Both the position numbers and the translations under genes were made by a program. Shown piece after piece: positions 1 through 9,584 of a stretch of DNA of 64,000 nt (the first letter of the stretch is position 1; every line of letters starts with the position of its first letter). The notes beneath the pieces were generated by a model, which searched no databases, had not been told where the DNA came from, and saw only the letters and a list, made by a program, of their open reading frames with translations. Location of the stretch: positions 248,001-312,000 of the IMG/VR virus record IMGVR_UViG_3300042558_004148; one strand, given 5' to 3'.

Positions 1-79
1 AAATGGACATCTCGGAACCAAAAAACACGCAAGAATATATTTACTATTCTTCGTTGATCAATCTGCTTTAGCAGCTAAT

Positions 80-487
80 ATGCAGGAAGCATACTGGGAC
101 GGCGGAAATGATAATGAGTTAGTTGTTTGTATAGGTCTTAATAGTAAAACCAGAAAGATCCAATGGACCAGACCATTTACATGGTCACCGGAAAGAAGGA
201 TCATACCAGATGTCAGAGAGGATATAATGTCAAGAGATAATTTCGACGTCGATAATATAGCAAATTCAATATTGGTTAATGTTGGGAAAGAGTACAAAAG
301 AAAGAACTTTGAGGAATTCTCATACATCACAGTTGAACCACCTACATGGGCTAAATGGGTAACATTTATAGTAACCTTAATGATAACTGTAGCACTATGC
401 TGGTGGGCAGTTACGAATCAAATAGATTCAGCATATGATCCTTTAAAGGAATTATTTAATAAAAGAAATAATGGATATAGATATTAA
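80..487 (+). CDS. C-terminal part of a membrane-anchored hypothetical protein (start probably upstream of window)
   Basis: ORF with one hydrophobic segment (WVTFIVTLMITVALCWWAV); stop overlaps next gene. Confidence 0.6.
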   Translation: MQEAYWDGGNDNELVVCIGLNSKTRKIQWTRPFTWSPERRIIPDVREDIMSRDNFDVDNIANSILVNVGKEYKRKNFEEFSYITVEPPTWAKWVTFIVTLMITVALCWWAVTNQIDSAYDPLKELFNKRNNGYRY

Positions 488-803
488 TAAGGTTGTTGAA
501 TTCACGAACAGATATGGAACTGTTCTTGAATTCAAAAGAACTTCAATCTCTGAATTTTTGGTGTCTAATATACCAAATTTTTTCGCCAGAAGATCCATGA
601 CTGAATCGGGTGAAACGGTAATGTATGATCCATCAGGTGGTCCTTATATAGGAGCTGAGATAGATGGGCATCCTGGTACAGATATGGGATATTATGACAA
701 AGCATGGAAGGGGCTGATAGTTAATAATATAGAAATCCTGGAAGGTGATCAAATAATACTAAGATGCCACGGAGGTCCGGTGGAATGGGATCAGATTAAA
801 TAA
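471..803 (+). CDS. hypothetical protein
   Basis: 110 aa ORF coupled to the upstream gene. Confidence 0.6.
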   Translation: MDIDINKVVEFTNRYGTVLEFKRTSISEFLVSNIPNFFARRSMTESGETVMYDPSGGPYIGAEIDGHPGTDMGYYDKAWKGLIVNNIEILEGDQIILRCHGGPVEWDQIK

Positions 804-1404
804 GAGGTAACTTGTTTTTGAATGATTTATATCTGTCAATAATTTTATCAAATTCATCAGATTCTAGATTGATGGAGGAAAGGAATAATTCTTTCTCTTC
901 CTTCTTCAATATAGGATAGATCATAAGGAAATTATCAATATCACCTTTATAAGCTGATACTAGGTATTCGCCAAGTTTATCCTTGGGTACTCTGTCGAAA
1001 TGACCAAGATCTATGCTTTTATACCTCTTATATCTCTTCTTAGCCCATGATAGAATGTAGAGAAATCTTGAATTCCAATCATTTAGATTTTGTATTGGTG
1101 CATCGAATTCTTTTAATATATGAGGATTACCCTTATTGATTCCCCTCACGTTTCTATAAAAACTTGCGGTAGACTTTCTTATTGGTCCATTCTGATATAT
1201 CGTGATAGCTGTGTCCGGTGCATCCATATCAAGCTCGTTGTTATATAATCTCATGTTACCATGACTCCATATTGCATTGGTAGTGGAATCAGTAAACCCT
1301 AATGTTTCCAATACCTTAAAAGTAGGAAGAGCCTTAACATCATCAATTGTATATGAATAATTAGCAGATTCAAATAGATCGGAGAATTTTAGAAGATTTA
1401 TCAC
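796..1404 (-). CDS. hypothetical protein with CTS-like N-terminus (INLLKFSDLFES)
   Basis: GATATATAGA motif upstream; N-terminal peptide family. Confidence 0.65.
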   Translation of the reverse strand: MINLLKFSDLFESANYSYTIDDVKALPTFKVLETLGFTDSTTNAIWSHGNMRLYNNELDMDAPDTAITIYQNGPIRKSTASFYRNVRGINKGNPHILKEFDAPIQNLNDWNSRFLYILSWAKKRYKRYKSIDLGHFDRVPKDKLGEYLVSAYKGDIDNFLMIYPILKKEEKELFLSSINLESDEFDKIIDRYKSFKNKLPLI

Positions 1405-1482
1405 TATTAGCTTATATTTAATTTAATCTATATATCATTTTTTATACCCGTAACATTTTAATACATTTACAAAAAATCAAAT

Positions 1483-2232
1483 ATGAATAAGATATTAGAA
1501 TCTTTAAGACCTTTCTGCTCTGTTAAAAATGCAGGACCAGCATACCTAAATGGAGCTGAGCCAACACCAAGAGTTAGATTTATCATTGATCTTTTAGATG
1601 AGATGAAAATACCTTATGAAATTGACAGCTTCCTGTTCAATGATATAAATCTATATAATGTGATATTGAGAGGAACCAGCAAAAGAATGGTGGTAGCACA
1701 TCATGATATAGTTAATCCAGATTCTGAGAATGCGAATGACAATTCAGCATCAGTCCTTAATGCGATATATTTAAAATCGATACTTCCTGAGATCAATGTA
1801 GTTCTGACAGATGCCGAGGAGGTTGGTCTTAGAGGTGCATCACATTTGGCAGAACAAATATTGGCTGGAGAATTTGGAGAAATTGAATGGGTATTAAATT
1901 TGGAATTAAGTGGAGCTGGCGGTAAGAATTTTATGATAGGATCACATAAGGGTAAACTTACAGACAGGATTGTCGAGATGTTTAATGCACCAGTAGTTCA
2001 AACTCCTCCTAGCGATTCTTATGCATTTGAAAGATATGGCATAGATACCAATGTAATAAACCCATTATCGCTATTGAATGAAGGAGAATCTAGTATATTG
2101 AGTGAGTCAGGATATTTAGATAACTCATCATGGTGGTTGTGTCATACCATGGAGGACACTGCGGATAAGTTATCAACAAAAGATATGTATGATTTTGTCA
2201 ACGAGGTTCTTGTACCCATAGTTTCGGAATAA
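1483..2232 (+). CDS. M28-family Zn peptidase
   Basis: AHHD, ANDNSASV, DAEEVG, LELSG and terminal CHT motifs. Confidence 0.8.
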   Translation: MNKILESLRPFCSVKNAGPAYLNGAEPTPRVRFIIDLLDEMKIPYEIDSFLFNDINLYNVILRGTSKRMVVAHHDIVNPDSENANDNSASVLNAIYLKSILPEINVVLTDAEEVGLRGASHLAEQILAGEFGEIEWVLNLELSGAGGKNFMIGSHKGKLTDRIVEMFNAPVVQTPPSDSYAFERYGIDTNVINPLSLLNEGESSILSESGYLDNSSWWLCHTMEDTADKLSTKDMYDFVNEVLVPIVSE

Positions 2233-2447
2233 TGAATTATTTGATATATAAATCTATGTTTGGTGCCATTATAATAAAATCTAGGGATGTTCAGGAAGCT
2301 AAAGAAAAATGGGGCTCAGAAATGGTCGACTCATTATTTAAGTTGTTAAATGGAAATCATCCGGATCACATTATAAAAAACCTAGAATCAGAGGATAAAT
2401 TTGAAGAAGCTAAATGCTTGATGTTTATACTTAGAAATAGAAAATAA
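2232..2447 (+). CDS. hypothetical protein
   Basis: TAATG overlap with the peptidase gene. Confidence 0.55.
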   Translation: MNYLIYKSMFGAIIIKSRDVQEAKEKWGSEMVDSLFKLLNGNHPDHIIKNLESEDKFEEAKCLMFILRNRK

Positions 2448-2535
2448 TTTTGAAACATAACATCAAATAGGTGATATAAAAATAGAACACTAAGAGGTTT
2501 AGTAATAGACAATCATAGATGTTTGTTTTGGTTCA

Positions 2536-2565
2536 CCAGAGTCTTTTTAAGACTCTGGTTTTTTA
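2536..2565 (+). terminator. intrinsic terminator
   Basis: ACCAGAGTC-TTTTTAA-GACTCTGGT followed by a T-run. Confidence 0.7.
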
Positions 2566-2587
2566 TTAAAAATAATTTTAAATAACT

Positions 2588-2767
2588 ATGACAAATTCAG
2601 AGCAAATTGAAGAGATTATGTACGAGGCATATAATCTTAAAATACACAGAAAGGTGTTCGATCTTGCAAAAAAACATATAGACGAAGGTTCACTTGCTGT
2701 TGATGCTTATGAGAAAGCATTAAGAACAGTGAAAGAGAATAGAAGAAGAGAGATCGCTGCTAGATAG
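2588..2767 (+). CDS. 59 aa hypothetical protein (not in ORF track)
   Basis: manual translation MTNSEQIEEIMYEAYNLKIH...EIAAR*. Confidence 0.5.
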   Translation: MTNSEQIEEIMYEAYNLKIHRKVFDLAKKHIDEGSLAVDAYEKALRTVKENRRREIAAR

Positions 2768-3068
2768 TGATCTCTTTTTCATTTAAGTCGACTTTATTTT
2801 CTGGCTTCAATAAATAATACAATCCAAAAAACAATGCCGATATGGAATAGAAAATTATATCGGTTACCCAATATGATCCAGTCCACTTCATCACAAGAGC
2901 GAATAGTGCGTCGAATCCCAATGGATTGAAGAAAGTTGCTAGGATAAGAATTAGTGTTCTTATTTTTTTCTTTTTGTTCACGTTTAAAACTATCGGGGTC
3001 CATAGAGGAATTAATTTTCTAAACATATGATATACAATATAATATGTTACGGGATTCAAGTTATCCAT
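2760..3068 (-). CDS. small membrane protein
   Basis: hydrophobic segments; AATATATAGAG immediately upstream. Confidence 0.5.
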   Translation of the reverse strand: MDNLNPVTYYIVYHMFRKLIPLWTPIVLNVNKKKKIRTLILILATFFNPLGFDALFALVMKWTGSYWVTDIIFYSISALFFGLYYLLKPENKVDLNEKEITI

Positions 3069-3293
3069 CTCTATATATTTATTTCCGAAATTTTTTTATA
3101 TTCCCGCATATAATACTTATATTTACAAATTATTAACTAGTTTAAATTAATATGTCGGTAATTTCAAACAATAAGTATGACATGTTTAATTGGGTTGAGA
3201 AAATAATTGGCTCTTATAAAACTTTAGATCATACTAATGGTTCTGATAGATTATAAGAGAGGTTTAAGATTAAATCAATGAAAAAAAGAAAAT

Positions 3294-4013
3294 ATGAACT
3301 TTGATATAAATAATTTCAACAAACTAGGTTATGTAATAGTAAAAGATTTTTTATCTGAAGATGAACTAAAAACTTTATTAGAAACATCACAAAAGCATTA
3401 TGAGTATTCTCTTAACTTAAGGGAACATGAAGGCAACTACAGACTAAACAGTCCAACTAATTTAAACAAAATAGAGGGTGCCTGCGATTACGAACCTGAG
3501 TTTTTGAAGATAGCAAAAAATAAAATTTTAGTAGATACTGCCAAGAAATTAATTAATACCGAGGAAACATTGGATGTTTATATATCTAAATTTTTCCCTA
3601 TGAAACCTAAAGTGGGAATATCAACATTTTTCCACCAAGACAATTTCTATTTTGGAGGCGATCCCAATACCATAATTAGTTGTGCTCTATATTTTCAAGA
3701 TACGAATAAAGAAAATGGTTGCTTAAGAATCATTCCGGGGTCCCATAATATAGGAATAATAAGACATGATATATCTTCTCATATAGGAGGTATAAGGTGG
3801 ATAGATGAAAAAATACTAAATCCTAATGCGATATTAGATTTAGAACTGGATGCTCCATATGCTGTGTTTTTTAATATTAATATGATACATGGGTGTTATC
3901 CAAACACATCAAACGGGACTCGATTTAGCTTAGCATGGGAATACATAGAATCTAGTAATAGTAAAGTAGCACACTCACCAGATAATTGGTGTGATAGAAA
4001 CTTAGTAGGATAA
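3294..4013 (+). CDS. phytanoyl-CoA dioxygenase (PhyH)-family 2OG-Fe(II) oxygenase
   Basis: HQD facial-triad motif, NGCLRIIPGSH, HG...N.S...R. Confidence 0.85.
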   Translation: MNFDINNFNKLGYVIVKDFLSEDELKTLLETSQKHYEYSLNLREHEGNYRLNSPTNLNKIEGACDYEPEFLKIAKNKILVDTAKKLINTEETLDVYISKFFPMKPKVGISTFFHQDNFYFGGDPNTIISCALYFQDTNKENGCLRIIPGSHNIGIIRHDISSHIGGIRWIDEKILNPNAILDLELDAPYAVFFNINMIHGCYPNTSNGTRFSLAWEYIESSNSKVAHSPDNWCDRNLVG

Positions 4014-4014
4014 T

Positions 4015-4584
4015 ATGAGTTCTCTAAGATTTAATCCTCCGAAACAATGGAATAATAATTTTGGTAATAGATACTTTTTGGGACTTACTGACTTGATGTA
4101 TGACTTATACGGTACCTTATTAAACCGACCTAATTTAAAGATGCTGGAAATTGGGTCTTATAAAGGAGAATCAGCTTTTATGTTTGCTTCTCTAGGTATA
4201 TTTACAGAGATACATTGCATTGATCCCTTAGAAGGTGTGGAAGAGTCAAATGATATTTTTACTGAGAATTGGGACAATGTTAAGAATGAATTTAAACTAA
4301 ATACTCGTTACTTCGATAATGTAACCCTGCATCAAGGATTTAGTTATAATTTGGTTAATAATTTTGAAGACAATTATTTTGACTTTATATACATTGATGG
4401 TAATCACTCATACGAGGATGCAAAAAAAGACATTGAATTATACCTTCCAAAAACTAAACATTTAATGGGTGGACATGATTATCAAAAAGAATGGCCTGGA
4501 GTAATCAAGGCAGTAGATGAAATCTTTGGTAAACCTCATAAAACATATTCCGACGGAAGTTGGATAAAATCAATTAAGTCATGA
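4015..4584 (+). CDS. class I SAM-dependent methyltransferase (Methyltransf_24-like)
   Basis: LEIGSYKGES, DFIYIDGNHSYE, GGHDY. Confidence 0.85.
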   Translation: MSSLRFNPPKQWNNNFGNRYFLGLTDLMYDLYGTLLNRPNLKMLEIGSYKGESAFMFASLGIFTEIHCIDPLEGVEESNDIFTENWDNVKNEFKLNTRYFDNVTLHQGFSYNLVNNFEDNYFDFIYIDGNHSYEDAKKDIELYLPKTKHLMGGHDYQKEWPGVIKAVDEIFGKPHKTYSDGSWIKSIKS

Positions 4585-4910
4585 AAGACCCTAAAATAAA
4601 AATAAATAAAATAGTTAAAGAATATAAAGATGCCACTGCTAAAGAAATCTGGGAGGGAGTTAGAGATAACTTTACCTTTGGGTTTCTTGGGGCTGTATTA
4701 GTTGTATTCATATCAACAAAACTTGATACTGCCGTATTCCTAGGATATTTAGTATACTATTTCTATATGGGTAGAATAGTGAATAGACCAAAGTATGTTA
4801 CATCATTAGGAAAACTAATAGTATTTCCGATACCATCCGCTCTAGGAGCATTTAGCGGATATAAATTAGCTTATTTACTATCAAATTTAATTAACAATAT
4901 AAACTTTTAA
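4581..4910 (+). CDS. membrane hypothetical protein
   Basis: ATGA overlap, three hydrophobic segments. Confidence 0.6.
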   Translation: MKDPKIKINKIVKEYKDATAKEIWEGVRDNFTFGFLGAVLVVFISTKLDTAVFLGYLVYYFYMGRIVNRPKYVTSLGKLIVFPIPSALGAFSGYKLAYLLSNLINNINF

Positions 4911-4912
4911 TT

Positions 4913-5227
4913 ATGCCAAATTTCGAAACGTACGTCGACGTTGATGCTGATGATTTCTATAAGGAATGTAACAGGAGAGAGAAAAAAGAATTAATAGATC
5001 TAATATCAAGCGAATGTGAAGACGATCCAGATCTAAAAGAATATCTTATCGAATCAATCGAATATGAATCAGATAACGGGATGGGATCGATCTCATCGAA
5101 TGGTAGAGAAACATTCGATCAGCTACTTTTCAAAAAATCATTGCTTGCATTAGATAAGCAATATCATTGTCTTCCTAATGAATTAGTTGAGCAGGTTAAT
5201 AAACTTGCAGAAAAATTTAGAATTTAA
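4913..5227 (+). CDS. hypothetical protein
   Basis: acidic 104 aa ORF within the operon. Confidence 0.6.
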   Translation: MPNFETYVDVDADDFYKECNRREKKELIDLISSECEDDPDLKEYLIESIEYESDNGMGSISSNGRETFDQLLFKKSLLALDKQYHCLPNELVEQVNKLAEKFRI

Positions 5228-5493
5228 AAAAAATCTAAAATAATACCCATGGGCAATAAATGTATATGCGGAAAGAAAGCTGATAGAAGGATTTCTATCG
5301 AGACCGGTGAGGTTTTTATAGAATGCTGTTCTAAATGTTCAAACAAGATAAAAGCGGAAATGCTGGAAGTGAAGGAGAATCAAATTTACAGACAGGGTAA
5401 AAGCAGAAGACAATATAAGACATCACTAATGATAGCTATGTGGGCATTATTATCCATTTTAGCAATTGGAGTATTATTTTTAATAAAAAGTAT

Positions 5494-5910
5494 ATGGAAT
5501 TATTAAACACCCATCCTATCAAAAAATCTGATTTGGGATTTCATGGTAACCTATTTGGTGGGAAATTATTAGCATGGATAGATGCTGCAGCTGCTGGATA
5601 TTCTATGCAGCTTTGTGATACACCAAGAATGGTAACAGTATCCATCGATAAGTGTTATTTTGAAAAACCAGCTAGAGAGGGTCAGCTTCTTAAGATATAT
5701 GGTACACCTAGTAAATTGGGAACTACCTCAGTTACTCTTTATATGGAAGCTAGAGCTCATAATGTATATACCGGTAATCAGGTGATAGTTCTAAGAACAA
5801 ACATAAGATTTGTTTCTATAGACGAAGGAGGTAACCCTATACCAATCGGGGATAAAGGAAGAAACAGAATAAGCTCCATGATAGAAGATAACAAGGAATC
5901 GAATATCTGA
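5494..5910 (+). CDS. acyl-CoA thioesterase (HotDog fold)
   Basis: HGNLFGGKLLAWID motif; start adjusted to ATG 5494. Confidence 0.85.
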   Translation: MELLNTHPIKKSDLGFHGNLFGGKLLAWIDAAAAGYSMQLCDTPRMVTVSIDKCYFEKPAREGQLLKIYGTPSKLGTTSVTLYMEARAHNVYTGNQVIVLRTNIRFVSIDEGGNPIPIGDKGRNRISSMIEDNKESNI

Positions 5911-6193
5911 AGCCCAAAATAAATCAAAAAATAAAGCCTGGAATTTTTTTATTCCGGGCTTTATTTTTATATTTGCATTATAAAATTAATAAGATCCGAT
6001 ATGGAGAAAGATACAAATAAAAATCCATTAATATTTCCACTGATAGGTGCTTCGATGTCATTTATAATGTACATGTTTGCATTTCATGCAGAAAGAAACG
6101 AAAACAAGGAGCTGAAAATCCAAATTGAATCTTATAAACATCAGATAGATTCACTGAAAATTATAAATAACATTAATCCAAAATCAAATATAA

Positions 6194-6580
6194 ATGATAA
6201 CAATAAACAATAACAGTTACTCAGGTAGAAGCATAGTGATCAAAGATGGTAAAGTTATCGTAGACGGTAAGGATGTCACACCTGATTCCAAGGAAGTAAA
6301 CATCTCTGTTATCGGAGATCTGGAAAATCTTGAAGTTGATTATGCTAAAAGTATAGAGATAACAGGAAATGTCAATAAGGTCAGATCCGGAAGCGGCGAT
6401 GTTAATTGTGAGAGAGTTGGCGGTGATGTCCAGACAGGTTCTGGTGATGTTGAATGTTCATATATCAATGGTGACGTTAATACCGGTTCCGGTGATGTTA
6501 AATCGAATACCATTATGGGATCGGTAAAAACTGGATCAGGTGATATCAAATATAAAAAACAAGATGGAAACAGTATTTAA
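6194..6580 (+). CDS. beta-solenoid (GSGDV repeat, DUF4097-like) protein
   Basis: five T/S-GSGD-V/I repeats. Confidence 0.65.
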   Translation: MITINNNSYSGRSIVIKDGKVIVDGKDVTPDSKEVNISVIGDLENLEVDYAKSIEITGNVNKVRSGSGDVNCERVGGDVQTGSGDVECSYINGDVNTGSGDVKSNTIMGSVKTGSGDIKYKKQDGNSI

Positions 6581-6947
6581 AGTTGCTAAGTACGAAAAGA
6601 CCGATGTTGGGTTTAATCATCTTGGATATGATGAGTATCTAATCACATACATCAAAGGTAAGAAACCCCACCAAATCAGAATTGTTGTTAACGGAATATT
6701 ATCAACTAAGGTTATTAATTTGGTAGACGGAAAATCCGGATATAAGAATCAAATACTAGCTGCAATTAGTGAAATTAAAAACGGTAAGATTAGCATGAAT
6801 AATATCGTTTCTGCAAAGAAAAAAGTAACACTAGCATATATTGATACTTTCTACAGTAAGTTAATAGTTCGCAACGTTAAGAACTATTTAATAGGAATTA
6901 ATAAGGAGGAAGGAAGAGACTCGTTAACCAAATTTGAATTAATTTAA
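6564..6947 (+). CDS. hypothetical protein
   Basis: ORF overlapping upstream stop; start adjusted. Confidence 0.55.
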   Translation: METVFKVAKYEKTDVGFNHLGYDEYLITYIKGKKPHQIRIVVNGILSTKVINLVDGKSGYKNQILAAISEIKNGKISMNNIVSAKKKVTLAYIDTFYSKLIVRNVKNYLIGINKEEGRDSLTKFELI

Positions 6948-6960
6948 TCACAATTTAAAG

Positions 6961-7779
6961 ATGCCAGAATTACCAGAAGTAGCTAGAGCAGCACTATCAT
7001 TAAATACTGCAATACAGGGTAAAACATTAAGTGATGTTATCGTACACTCGGGAAGATATTCCAGACATGGGGATCCAGTCGGGTTAGCTAATTTTAGTGA
7101 GGAACTTCCTGCACATGTTGATAATGTTACCTTCTGTGGAAAACTTATCTTATTTGAATTTACCGGTAAGAGCGGGAAAAAATGGTGGCTTTGGAATACA
7201 CTCGGCATGGGAGGTGGATGGAGACATGAGAGAACAAAACACGGACATGTTGAGTTTGTAACAAATGACGGTTCAGTTTTCTTCACAGATATACGTAATT
7301 TCGGTACATTGAAATTTGTAGATAGCGAGAATGAAACAAATAAGAAAAAATCATCCATTGGACCTAATCATTTAGCAGATACAATTTCCGACGAGTTATT
7401 CAAGACCCGATTACTTAAAAGACCGAACCGTACTATGCCAGAGGTCTTAATGGACCAATCACTAATAGGTGGGATAGGCAATTACATTAAAGCTGAGATC
7501 CTTTATATTGCAGGGATTTCACCGCACCGAATTGTAAATACACTATCCGACGAGGAATTTGCAAAACTTAATGCAGCAACCAAGGATGTGGTTAATAAAT
7601 CATTCGCCAGTCAGGGAGCATCCATAAGTACATATAAGGGAATGGATGGCGAAGAAGGAGACTTTGTATTTTATTTCAAAGTATACGGTAGAAAAGAATG
7701 CGAGAGTGGATTCACGGTAATAAGAGAAACTACGAAGGAAGGAAGAACAACTCATTGGGTTCCACAAATACAAAAATAA
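6961..7779 (+). CDS. mutM: Fpg/Nei-family DNA glycosylase
   Basis: MPELPEV N-terminus, D.RNFG, LMDQSLIGGIGNY, C-terminal GRTTHWVPQIQ. Confidence 0.9.
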   Translation: MPELPEVARAALSLNTAIQGKTLSDVIVHSGRYSRHGDPVGLANFSEELPAHVDNVTFCGKLILFEFTGKSGKKWWLWNTLGMGGGWRHERTKHGHVEFVTNDGSVFFTDIRNFGTLKFVDSENETNKKKSSIGPNHLADTISDELFKTRLLKRPNRTMPEVLMDQSLIGGIGNYIKAEILYIAGISPHRIVNTLSDEEFAKLNAATKDVVNKSFASQGASISTYKGMDGEEGDFVFYFKVYGRKECESGFTVIRETTKEGRTTHWVPQIQK

Positions 7780-8177
7780 TGAAAGATAAAAAACCTGATC
7801 TGGTTGTTTGGAGTGAGGATGAAGGGTATGATGCTAAATCTAAAGCATATCCAACAACTGTTTCCGGACAAGGTTTTGATTTACCTAACGTTCCCCTATT
7901 TAGGGAATTATCATCGAAAAAAATGATGGACGTTTTTAATAGAGAGAAAGAAGAAATTAGAGAACGAATAGAAAAGCTTTACGAAGAATATAACACTTCA
8001 ATTATGGTTTGGGAATCTAAAATTTCATTTGAACCAATCATAGGAAAAATCTATCACTTATACAATTTCAACGGACAGAGAACTCTATCTTTAATCAGTC
8101 CTCAAGAATGGAATAAAGAAACCGATTTTATCGGATCATATATGTTAAATTCAGAAAACAAATGGATAAAAAAATAG
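7779..8177 (+). CDS. hypothetical protein (DUF2452-like)
   Basis: TAATG coupling; FEPIIGKIYHLY...LSLISPQEW resembles a Bacteroidota family as recalled. Confidence 0.5.
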   Translation: MKDKKPDLVVWSEDEGYDAKSKAYPTTVSGQGFDLPNVPLFRELSSKKMMDVFNREKEEIRERIEKLYEEYNTSIMVWESKISFEPIIGKIYHLYNFNGQRTLSLISPQEWNKETDFIGSYMLNSENKWIKK

Positions 8178-8600
8178 GTATAAAAGATAGGATTAAGGCA
8201 TTTTTTGATGCAGCCGGAGCATTTTTTCGATGGATGTGGATGTATCCAACAACTCCAATTGAGAATTTTCAGGATGCAAGGTTTCGCTACAGTTCTCAAT
8301 TGGATCCGGAGATTATAAAAGCATTTGATGACATACAAAAATCAATAGAAGAGCATCAGCGTGGTAATAAAAAAATTAATTCATGAGAAGTTTTAATAAT
8401 CTCTTTGATGTAATCGATATGAAAGCATCTATTAAACAACCAGATACTTACCACCGTATAGAAGAGGAAATAGCATCATTACACAGGCTCCTAGATAAAT
8501 TAGCACCTAATACAATGGGTGAGGGTGATCTTATAGGTAATAGGATAGAGAAATTATTATCATCAGATGCAGATTGGGATAAAATAAAATAGCAAATTAT

Positions 8601-8640
8601 TTTTTTATCTCGTATAAATTGATTAAATTTGTATAACAAT
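8601..8640 (+). promoter_or_regulatory. promoter driving the ncRNA cluster
   Basis: TTTTTTTTATCTCG...TAAATTTG, same family as the other promoters, a few nt upstream of the tRNA-CUA. Confidence 0.6.
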
Positions 8641-8646
8641 TAAAAA

Positions 8647-8726
8647 GGTCCTGGAGCTTAATCTGACGTGGAAGTCAGGTCTGCCTCTAAAACAGATAGC
8701 ATCGGGTTCGAATCCTGCTAGGATCA
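8647..8726 (+). tRNA. non-canonical amber-suppressor tRNA (anticodon CUA)
   Basis: acceptor GGTCCTG(G)/(C)TAGGATC-A; anticodon arm TCTGC-CTCTAAA-ACAGA with CTA at 8687-8689; T-loop TTCGAAT; atypical D region. Confidence 0.75.
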
Positions 8727-8741
8727 CAAAAGAGTTCTTTG

Positions 8742-8972
8742 AAATAGTAAGATAGCAGATAGACCTATATCAGCAGAATCCCACAGGGAGTCAGAAATGA
8801 CGAGCAAGACGGAGCTCCTATCAGATTAACGCGTTGAGGAGGCACTCAAAGTTTTCCGAGAGGTTAACAGGTGTATAAACGATGGTTTGGGTAGAACGGA
8901 TGTTAAAGGCGAGATATAGGTAGAAAGGATGGGGTAACCCACGAATGTGTAAATCTTAAGGTCTTACTATTT
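8742..8972 (+). ncRNA. ~230 nt structured RNA candidate
   Basis: 11 bp closing helix 8742-8752/8962-8972 and 9 bp helix 8763-8771/8913-8921; no ORF. Confidence 0.55.
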
Positions 8973-9012
8973 TAATTATTCTTGATTGATAATTAACACT
9001 TAAAAAATATTT

Positions 9013-9558
9013 ATGGCAACATTATTTGCATTTGGAACAATTTGGTTTTGGTTCCTAATTACGGCGGTTCTAGTAACCATTATTTCCATCACTGAATTGG
9101 AGGAGTCGTCATCCTGGCATTGGCCAATATTACTAGGAATCCCAACACTGCTATACTTTACTGGATGTGCAGATGAGATCAATTCCATTATAAACTATGC
9201 TAAGGATAATCCATTAGCAATAATTCTGATCTTAGGTGGATATTTATTAGTAGGTACCCTCTGGTCTTTCATTAAATGGTTTCTATATCTTACAAATTTA
9301 ACGGAATATTACAGAAAATATCCATATAATTTCAGTTCAGCTAAGGATAAATTTAATGCTAGGGAAAATAAGGAGAGAATCATTAATTGGATGATGTATT
9401 GGCCGTTGTCAGGAATTTGGACATTGATCGACGATCCAGTTAAGAAAGCATTCCAAAAGATATTCTCCGGATTAGAAAACAGATTCCAAAAGATATCAGA
9501 TAATTTAACAGAGGAATTTACCGAAAAGGAATCTGAAGAATTTGACAAGAGAGGTTAA
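9013..9558 (+). CDS. membrane protein
   Basis: three or more TM segments; sits between the ncRNAs. Confidence 0.7.
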   Translation: MATLFAFGTIWFWFLITAVLVTIISITELEESSSWHWPILLGIPTLLYFTGCADEINSIINYAKDNPLAIILILGGYLLVGTLWSFIKWFLYLTNLTEYYRKYPYNFSSAKDKFNARENKERIINWMMYWPLSGIWTLIDDPVKKAFQKIFSGLENRFQKISDNLTEEFTEKESEEFDKRG

Positions 9559-9584
9559 AAATAGTTCTTTGAAATTATAAAAAA

